Origin: an uncultured Candidatus Babeliaceae bacterium | GTDB taxonomy: Bacteria > Babelota > Babeliae > Babelales > Babelaceae | NCBI GenBank assembly: GCA_964426225.1 | Contig: CAYRPI010000002.1 | Span: 1-26,574, forward strand | Direction of reading: 5' to 3' | DNA: 26,574 bases | In this document: positions 1 to 6,519 of the stretch, piece after piece | Layout: every line of letters starts with the position of its first letter | How positions within the stretch are numbered: position 1 is the first letter of the stretch | Position numbers and translations under genes: made by a program | Notes under the pieces: model-generated | What the model was told of the DNA's origin: nothing | Databases searched by the model: none | Seen by the model: only the letters and a program-made list of their open reading frames with translations

Positions 1-492
1 TTTTTTCTGCTCATCGTTACCTGGCACCGTCTTAGTAATTATATTTTTAAGCTTCTCCACACTCTCTTTAAAGAATTTTACTTCACCGGTAGTATCATTT
101 TTAGGGAGCAGCGATACATTATAATCAAGAGCCTGATTTAGAAACTCTTTTGAGTCCAGATCAAAAAGCGTCAAAGCCGTGACAAGTATAGCCTCAGCAT
201 TTTTAAAACTCAATCGCGATACCATCCCTGTATTCCCAAACTCCTTAACGTTCTCACGCACTAAGGTTGTTATAGGATGCAAAAGCAGGAATGCTTTGAT
301 AATAAAGTTCCCTTTATTATCCAGAGGTATTTTTGTTATCTCCCCTGCTTTAGCAGGCTCTATTTTAGCGGGTTCTTTACTCTGCGCAATTGCCGCAAGA
401 CTGCGGGCAAGCTGGTCAAGCTCATCAGCCCGCACAGGCGCAATGGCCACCAGGGCTAACAAAAAAACATTTAAAAATTTTAACAACTTCAT
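1..492 (-). CDS. Hypothetical exported protein, partial (runs off the window start; not in the supplied ORF track)
   Basis: Manual translation from ATG at 492 is open to base 1 (164 codons: MKLLKFLNVFLLALVAIAPVRA-DELDQLARSLAAIAQSKEPAKIEP...). Sec-type signal peptide, GGAG SD upstream, TTGACA promoter at 561-566. Confidence 0.85.
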   Translation of the reverse strand, partial: MKLLKFLNVFLLALVAIAPVRADELDQLARSLAAIAQSKEPAKIEPAKAGEITKIPLDNKGNFIIKAFLLLHPITTLVRENVKEFGNTGMVSRLSFKNAEAILVTALTLFDLDSKEFLNQALDYNVSLLPKNDTTGEVKFFKESVEKLKNIITKTVPGNDEQKK

Positions 493-536
493 TACACCAA
501 TCTCCCAAGCCAAATAAACTCTCTACCTACATAGCG

Positions 537-566
537 AGCCTAAAAAACGCGGGTGTAAGTTGTCAA
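537..566 (-). promoter_or_regulatory. Putative sigma70-type promoter TTGACA-N18-TAGGCT for the gene at 492
   Basis: Perfect -35 (566-561) and TAGGCT (542-537), ~45 nt upstream of the ATG. Confidence 0.6.
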
Positions 567-614
567 TAAAATGACAAATTTAGGAAGAATGGTCGCAAGG
601 TTATGTGCCGCGTT

Positions 615-693
615 GCTCCCTCGATACATTTTTACTTACGTAAAAACACTCGGGATGAGCGAATAAGATCGAAGGGGATTATTTCGAGGGAGC
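615..693. repeat. Palindromic intergenic element (REP-like / structured 3' end after rsmH)
   Basis: Perfect 10-bp inverted repeat GCTCCCTCGA (615-624) / TCGAGGGAGC (684-693) enclosing an inner hairpin TTTTTAC-ttac-GTAAAAA (629-646) with CCC/GGG closing arms (618-654). Confidence 0.55.
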
Positions 694-713
694 GCAGGGG
701 AAAATAGGTAAAA

Positions 714-1577
714 TCAATCCGCAGAAACGATTTCAGCTGCACGAAGTTTAGCAGACCGAGACGAAGGGTTTTCCCACCGCTCTTTATCACCCGCAATCAC
801 AACCTTAGGAGTAAGTTCAATAAAAAGATCTTTATGATCGCGGATAAACCGCTTCACCAACCGATCTTCAAGCGAATGAAAACTAATACAGACCACACGG
901 CCACCCGGTGCCACAATCTGCTCAAGATGCTTTAAAAAGGTCTCAATATTTTCAAGCTCATGATTAACCTTAATCCGCAAAGCCTGAAATACCCGTGTTG
1001 CAGGATGAATCTTCCCACGAATAACGGGCATGATCGAGGTTATAAGATTTACCAGATCAAACGTCGTTCTTATCCGGCCCCGCTCTTCGCCATACAACCA
1101 GAAGATATCCGCAAGCTCACTTTCGGTTGCAGAATTAATAATATCCGCCGCCGTCACCGTGAAATGCGACGTAGACATGCGCATATCTAAAGGCAAATTC
1201 TGCGTAAAAGAAAATCCAGGGAGATTTGCAATCTGAAACTGCGACGTACCAAAATCAGCAAGAATTCCATCTACCGGTCCTTCATCTATTTTTTTTAATA
1301 AATGCGGAAGCTGAGCAAAATTGCCCCAGACAAATTCAAGCCGATCTCCAAACTCTTCCTTTAAGGCAGGACCATTACCTCCATTACTATCTATTGCATT
1401 TCGATCCCAGTCGCATGCAATAACACGACATGTAGGTTCATACTCCAAAATAGCACGCGTATGCCCGCCGCCCCCAAAAGTAGCGTCAACATACACGCCC
1501 GAAGGACGTGGCGCGAGATATTGAATTACCTCGCGCACTAAAACAGTTTTATGATAGTTTTTAAGTTCTGTGGTCAC
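714..1577 (-). CDS. rsmH: 16S rRNA m4C1402 methyltransferase RsmH (MraW), with an apparent internal in-frame deletion
   Basis: Motifs HKTVL, YVDATFGGGGH, ILADFGTS..Q, PLDMRM, YGEER, HPATRVFQALRI.VN.EL, ISFHSLEDR.VK, NPSSRSAKLR. GTG start overlaps the murF TGA (GTGA). Confidence 0.95.
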   Translation of the reverse strand: MTTELKNYHKTVLVREVIQYLAPRPSGVYVDATFGGGGHTRAILEYEPTCRVIACDWDRNAIDSNGGNGPALKEEFGDRLEFVWGNFAQLPHLLKKIDEGPVDGILADFGTSQFQIANLPGFSFTQNLPLDMRMSTSHFTVTAADIINSATESELADIFWLYGEERGRIRTTFDLVNLITSIMPVIRGKIHPATRVFQALRIKVNHELENIETFLKHLEQIVAPGGRVVCISFHSLEDRLVKRFIRDHKDLFIELTPKVVIAGDKERWENPSSRSAKLRAAEIVSAD

Positions 1578-2959
1578 GCAGTAAGCCTATCGACCAAATG
1601 CTGTAACCCAATGTCATGGGATGCTTTTACCAAAATAGCAACGTCATCAACAACCAGCGTCTCAATAGCCTGATGTGCCTCTTGCCATGAAGAAACTATC
1701 TGATAACGCAATCCACGAGGTAACGTCTTTGCAACCGCCTTAACCTGCTCACCCACAAAAATAACCTGCTGAATAGATGGCGTCTTACGTAGAGAACGTC
1801 CTAACTGGCGATGCCAGAAGGAACTATTTGCTCCCAGAGCCAACATATCACCCAACACCGCTATTTTTGGACCATGCACATCAAGTCGATCAAATGCAAA
1901 AAGCGCCTCTTTCATGCTTTCAGGATTAGCGTTATAAGAATCGTTTATCACAATTCCCTTGCCCGAACGTAGATCCAACGTTTGGAATCGACCTTGCACC
2001 GCAGCAACCGATTGAATACCTTCCACAATGCAAGCATGGGGAATATCCAAAAAGCAGGCTGTTGCAGCTGCCGCCAACGCATTGAGCAGACGCCCACGGT
2101 GTGGCATAGGCAACGTTATGGCATAACGTTCTTTATAAAGTTTTAAGATACCGGTCGTACGCATTCCATCAAGGGTAACACGCCGCGCCTGTACCTGGTT
2201 AGTAGTCTTAAAACCAAACTTAACCACCGGATGCGGGTAGGACATACCCGCTAAAATAGCCTGATCCCCATTGATAATACCAATGTTATCGGGCTTAAAA
2301 TATTTAAATATTTCGCGCTTTTCAACCGCAATATCGGTTAGCGCACCTAATCCATCCATATGCTGATGCGCAATGGTCGTAATAACCGCCAATGTTGGAC
2401 GTACCATATCGGCTAAACGCGCCATCTCGCCACGCAACGAAATACCCATTTCAACCACCGCACAATGATGCTCCGGTCTCATCTGAAGTAACGTCAACGC
2501 AACACCCAGATCGGTATTATAATTCCGTTCGGAAACTGCACATGTACGCCCACTAAGGTGTACCATTGCAGCCACCATCTCTTTAGTAGATGTCTTACCT
2601 ATAGAACCTGTAATACCAACTACAGGATAGGTAAACTGTGCTCGCCATGCAGCCGCAAGCCTAAAAAGAGCTTTTTCAGCCGATGGAACCAAAGCCACCG
2701 TTACCTTTTCCGCCAAAGCAGATATGTTCTTTAAACACTCTCTTTTTTCAGCATCGATGATTAACAACGTTGCTCCACGCGCCACTGCATCCGCTACAAA
2801 CAGATGACCATCGGTTACAGCTCCCTTAAGAGCCACAAAAGCCGTTCCAGGCCCTACCAAACGCGAATCAATAACGAAACGCTCTGCCGTAAATTCGCTC
2901 TTCCCGATCCATTCAGTTTCAGGAACCGCGAAAGTAAAAAACTTTTGATTTAGCCTCAT
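1574..2959 (-). CDS. murF: UDP-N-acetylmuramoyl-tripeptide--D-Ala-D-Ala ligase MurF
   Basis: DSR..PG..FVALKG...DGH, GITGSIGKTSTKEM (P-loop), VVEMG, INDSYNANPESM, VLGDML. Start placed at ATG 2959 (AGGA 6 nt upstream). The ORF track extends to a TTG at 3043 overlapping the ftsK stop. Confidence 0.92.
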   Translation of the reverse strand: MRLNQKFFTFAVPETEWIGKSEFTAERFVIDSRLVGPGTAFVALKGAVTDGHLFVADAVARGATLLIIDAEKRECLKNISALAEKVTVALVPSAEKALFRLAAAWRAQFTYPVVGITGSIGKTSTKEMVAAMVHLSGRTCAVSERNYNTDLGVALTLLQMRPEHHCAVVEMGISLRGEMARLADMVRPTLAVITTIAHQHMDGLGALTDIAVEKREIFKYFKPDNIGIINGDQAILAGMSYPHPVVKFGFKTTNQVQARRVTLDGMRTTGILKLYKERYAITLPMPHRGRLLNALAAAATACFLDIPHACIVEGIQSVAAVQGRFQTLDLRSGKGIVINDSYNANPESMKEALFAFDRLDVHGPKIAVLGDMLALGANSSFWHRQLGRSLRKTPSIQQVIFVGEQVKAVAKTLPRGLRYQIVSSWQEAHQAIETLVVDDVAILVKASHDIGLQHLVDRLTA

Positions 2960-3039
2960 ACGCATTCCTGCCAATGAAGTTGCACATACTTCTCTTTTGA
3001 ATATGTTGAAGATAAAACTGGCTGTATTTAGCACATTTG

Positions 3040-4902
3040 TCAAGAAAGAGATGCATCCCGTTGCACTTTCCTCATTTTTCCCGCACTAGCAGGGAGAACA
3101 ACACCACGCGCTTCGAGGGCATCTACAAGGCATGCCGCTCGGTTATAACCTATTCTAAAGCGCCTCTGTATAAGGGAAATTGAAACTTCATCAACAGACT
3201 GTACAAAAATAAGTACCTGAGCAAAGAGAGAATCCTCTACTCCCCCCGTTTCAGCGCGCCCCTGTTCACCGGCGCCATGCTCTGGAATCGTTTCATAGAC
3301 CACGGCCTGTTGAGCACGCAAGTGATCAGCCACCGCAGCAATCTCTTCATCGCGCACCAGTGCCCCATGCATACGCTCAATAGTTCCACGTGAATTTAAA
3401 AAGAGTAGATCACCTTTCCCTAAAAGCCGCTCTGCTCCAGGCGCGTCCAATATGGTGCGTGCATCAACTTTAGAGGTAACTTTAAAGGCAATCCGTGCCG
3501 GAAAATTGACCTTAATAAGCCCGGTCAACACATCAACCGACGGACGTTGCGTTGCAACAATTAGATGAATTCCAGCCGCCCGTGCCATTTGAGCAAGACG
3601 CGCAAGTGCAGGCTCTACATCTTTTCCCGCCACCATCATAATATCGGCAAGTTCATCCATCATAACCACAATATAGGGCAAGGAGCCCGGCCCCTCACGA
3701 AGTCTAAACTCTTGAATACTCCGTACCCCCGCCCGAGCCAGTTGGCTATACCGATCCTCCATGATCTGCGTTAGCCAGTGCAAAAGCGCGGGAACCCGTT
3801 GGACATTAGTCTCAACTGGAACTAATAAATGTGGAATATCCGCATACGATGCAAATTCAAGCCGCTTAGGATCCACCAACACCAACCGCACCTCATCAGG
3901 AGTCTTCTTATAAAACAGACTCATAAGCATTGCATGCAATGCAACCGATTTCCCCGACCCGGTGGAACCTGCAACCAAAAGATGTGGCATCTGCGCCAGA
4001 TCAATAACTACGTCACCACCTTGGGTATCACGCCCCAAAACAAGCGGCAAAGCAGCGGTACTTTCTCTAAACGATTTACTCATAACCAAGGTTGAAAAAC
4101 TAACCACTTCCCTCACTTGATTAGCAACTTCAAACCCAACCACCGACCGCCCCGGTATTGGAGCAATAATACGCAAACTCAATGCTTTAAGCGCTAACGA
4201 AAGATCATCCTCAAGCGCTACAATGCGGCTTAACTTAACATTATCCGCCGGCGCATACTCAAACAAGGTCACCACCGGCCCCACGGTTGTTGTAACCACA
4301 CGCCCACTAATACCAAAAAACCGTAATTTATCTTCCAATTGCCGCGCCCGCTCCTGTGCAGTACGAGCACGATCTTCAGCCCCCACTTCCCCCAATGGCT
4401 TTGCTAAAAAACTCTCCAGAGGCAAAACAAAGGGTGGTATCCCACTATCAAAATTTTCTAGCTCCAAACTATCTTTCATAGAGCTCTTTTCACCAAAATT
4501 TAATTCTGGAACGGCAGGAGAATGCACCCCAAAATCTGTGCCTGCACCGGTCATCTCTGCCCCCTCAAAGAGACTAGACGGTATAGAATTTAAACGACAC
4601 TGCAACTCTGCCCAAAACTGATCATCAAAAACCGCATCTTCCTGGCTGTCGGCGCCGCCCTGTGCAGAGACAAAAACTTCTGCCTCAACTCTTTGAGGAC
4701 CGTTTTCATCCCCATCCGAGTCAACTTCTGTATGAGATAAAGATAGGCCTCTAACCGCGTTCCGCATCTGAGTAATAGCCACAGACAAAGGGACCGTTAC
4801 ACGCCGCATCACGGTGGCAATTTGTTGCGCTAGCCACGAAGTTGCACCAGCAACTACCTCTACAGAGCTGCACCGCCCAAGAAAAACGGAAGACCAAAAC
4901 AA
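3040..4902 (-). CDS. ftsK: FtsK/SpoIIIE DNA translocase, linker + motor + gamma domain (C-terminal part of a frameshifted gene)
   Basis: GPVVTLFE, PIPGRSVVGFEVAN, PHLLVAGSTGSGKS (Walker A), DPKRLE, YIVVMMDELAD (Walker B), ARAAGIHLIVATQRPSVDV, GAERLLGKGDLL, SLIQRRFRIGYNRAA. No convincing SD of its own. Confidence 0.93.
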   Translation of the reverse strand: MFWSSVFLGRCSSVEVVAGATSWLAQQIATVMRRVTVPLSVAITQMRNAVRGLSLSHTEVDSDGDENGPQRVEAEVFVSAQGGADSQEDAVFDDQFWAELQCRLNSIPSSLFEGAEMTGAGTDFGVHSPAVPELNFGEKSSMKDSLELENFDSGIPPFVLPLESFLAKPLGEVGAEDRARTAQERARQLEDKLRFFGISGRVVTTTVGPVVTLFEYAPADNVKLSRIVALEDDLSLALKALSLRIIAPIPGRSVVGFEVANQVREVVSFSTLVMSKSFRESTAALPLVLGRDTQGGDVVIDLAQMPHLLVAGSTGSGKSVALHAMLMSLFYKKTPDEVRLVLVDPKRLEFASYADIPHLLVPVETNVQRVPALLHWLTQIMEDRYSQLARAGVRSIQEFRLREGPGSLPYIVVMMDELADIMMVAGKDVEPALARLAQMARAAGIHLIVATQRPSVDVLTGLIKVNFPARIAFKVTSKVDARTILDAPGAERLLGKGDLLFLNSRGTIERMHGALVRDEEIAAVADHLRAQQAVVYETIPEHGAGEQGRAETGGVEDSLFAQVLIFVQSVDEVSISLIQRRFRIGYNRAACLVDALEARGVVLPASAGKMRKVQRDASLS

Positions 4903-5380
4903 GCCCTACCGAGCTCAACATTAATGCGGTTGCATACGCAATCAATGCATCTGTATAGACTAAAAGTAGATGTGTCCCAAACGCACCTACCACCCCACCC
5001 AATAACCCCACGCTAACCACATCATACCCTATCTGACAGCAGAGCATACCCTGCGCCACAAGCAGCACTAAAAAACCCCCTATACGAGACCAATCGGGGG
5101 TCTGCTTATTCCACCGAAAAGTTTCTAACCCTAATAAAAAGAAAAATGGAATAAGCCATAACGCGGCACTGCCACATAAGAAGAAAAGGCCTGATGCAAG
5201 ATAGGCACCAATAACTCCACCCCCATTATGATGCACAATGGGATGAAGCGATGCTATAGAGAAAAAAAATGAAGGGTCCTGTCTATTAAAGGTAAAGAGA
5301 ATTAAGGCCAGAAATAACGACACTCCCATTAAAAAAAGACCCACAACATGGCTCTTTAATACTAAGGATCGATGCACCAT
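4751..5380 (-). CDS. ftsK: FtsK N-terminal membrane domain (4TM); separate reading frame overlapping the motor ORF
   Basis: Several hydrophobic helices with the FtsK N-domain pattern DPSF...N.GG.IGAYLA..LF...G and GG.VG. Strong G-rich SD. Lies directly upstream of the motor ORF, offset by +1. Confidence 0.8.
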   Translation of the reverse strand: MVHRSLVLKSHVVGLFLMGVSLFLALILFTFNRQDPSFFFSIASLHPIVHHNGGGVIGAYLASGLFFLCGSAALWLIPFFFLLGLETFRWNKQTPDWSRIGGFLVLLVAQGMLCCQIGYDVVSVGLLGGVVGAFGTHLLLVYTDALIAYATALMLSSVGLVLVFRFSWAVQLCRGSCWCNFVASATNCHRDAACNGPFVCGYYSDAERG

Positions 5381-5503
5381 TTTAAATCCTCCCCCTCCCT
5401 TTTTTCACCACTTCACTACAATCACATCCCATCCTACAAAGGGACGTCGCAAAAATTCAAGATTTGTACAAAATTTATTTACCAACCAAAAAAACAACCA
5501 CCC

Positions 5504-6250
5504 TCATCCACGAAATAACGCACCCATAATTGGAATAATCATGTAGAGGCCAAAATACCACAAGGTCTCTCGAACCATCATAGTCTCTACCATCCATAGG
5601 AGAAAATAAGCCCCAACCGAAGCTGCTAGAATACCCAAAAGCCCACCTCCTCCTAACACCGCTCCCAGCTCTCCATTATGCAACAACATCCCCAATCCCA
5701 AAAGCGCCGCACCTCCAAATAGCGGTGCCTGAAGCGCGCAAGAAAATCGAAAAGATCGAGATGCTGTCATTCCCAACCACCTCCCTACAACATACGTCAC
5801 TGCCAATCGAGAAACACCAGGCACCATCAACGCAACTCCCTGCGCTATGCCAACCCATACCCCATCACGCCACTTCAACGGTTTCTCATCGGTCTGTTTA
5901 GCCGGAAACAGTTTTAAAGAGAGCAACAAAAGAGCGGTGCAACCAAAACCAACTACAAAAGGAGCTCTCAGAGGCATTGCATGCGCGAGTAGAAAAAAGA
6001 GCCCCGTAATGGCCTCTGCCACCCCTATAATCCCTGCCCACCGCCACAGCATCAAACTGCTACTAGAGGGGGAAAATAACAAGGCGCTCCACTCGCGTGC
6101 AAAATAAATAAGAAGCATGACCGCGGTAGGACCTTGAGCAAAGAACTCAATCGACCAGGGTACTTCAAATCCGAGCAGATGAAGATGCCCAGAACTACTT
6201 ATCGGGAGTGATTCTAATAAAATTTGCATGAACAGATATAACTGAACCAT
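5504..6250 (-). CDS. uppP: Undecaprenyl-diphosphate phosphatase UppP (BacA family)
   Basis: QxxxESLPISSSGH matches BacA motif 1 (E..LPxSSxGH); AQGVAL.VPGVSR matches motif 2 (PGxSR); multi-pass hydrophobic; GAGG SD. Confidence 0.88.
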   Translation of the reverse strand: MVQLYLFMQILLESLPISSSGHLHLLGFEVPWSIEFFAQGPTAVMLLIYFAREWSALLFSPSSSSLMLWRWAGIIGVAEAITGLFFLLAHAMPLRAPFVVGFGCTALLLLSLKLFPAKQTDEKPLKWRDGVWVGIAQGVALMVPGVSRLAVTYVVGRWLGMTASRSFRFSCALQAPLFGGAALLGLGMLLHNGELGAVLGGGGLLGILAASVGAYFLLWMVETMMVRETLWYFGLYMIIPIMGALFRG

Positions 6251-6322
6251 TTTAATTTCCTCGTCTTTCCAGTACTTTTGCCCACAAGCACTTCTACGTC
6301 AGCAAAAAATTATTAAATATCA

Positions 6323-6351
6323 TTGCATTATCGAACTGTTTTTACTAGATT
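6323..6351 (+). promoter_or_regulatory. Putative sigma70-type promoter TTGCAT-N17-TAGATT for paralogue 1
   Basis: -35 at 6323-6328 and -10 at 6346-6351, in the AT-rich divergent region; implies a ~160-nt leader. Confidence 0.45.
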
Positions 6352-6519
6352 ATACCTCAGACAAGAAAGTTTTATCTGTTCAACACACATAAAATATAGT
6401 CGGAAGGAGGATTTAACGGGCAAATAGAGTAGCATACACGATGCAGTGCATATCGGTTATGGTTTGGTTTATCCCCTAAAGATACATCAAGCTGGTTTTG
6501 GGTTCATCAGGAGTACTTT

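Noticed and set aside
179-517. Plus-strand 112-aa ORF and the many other 60-130-aa ORFs overlapping larger genes (e.g. 4223-4621, 7024-7341, 7986-8354, 25920-26258)
   Set aside because: Antisense or off-frame shadows of well-supported genes; no SD, no motifs, composition mirrors the opposite strand.
5438-5456. AAAGGGACGTCGCAAAAA in the uppP-ftsK spacer resembling TAGGGACGTAAAAA at 8631-8644
   Set aside because: Only a 7-nt exact core (GGGACGT) and no matching inverted partner; compatible with chance.
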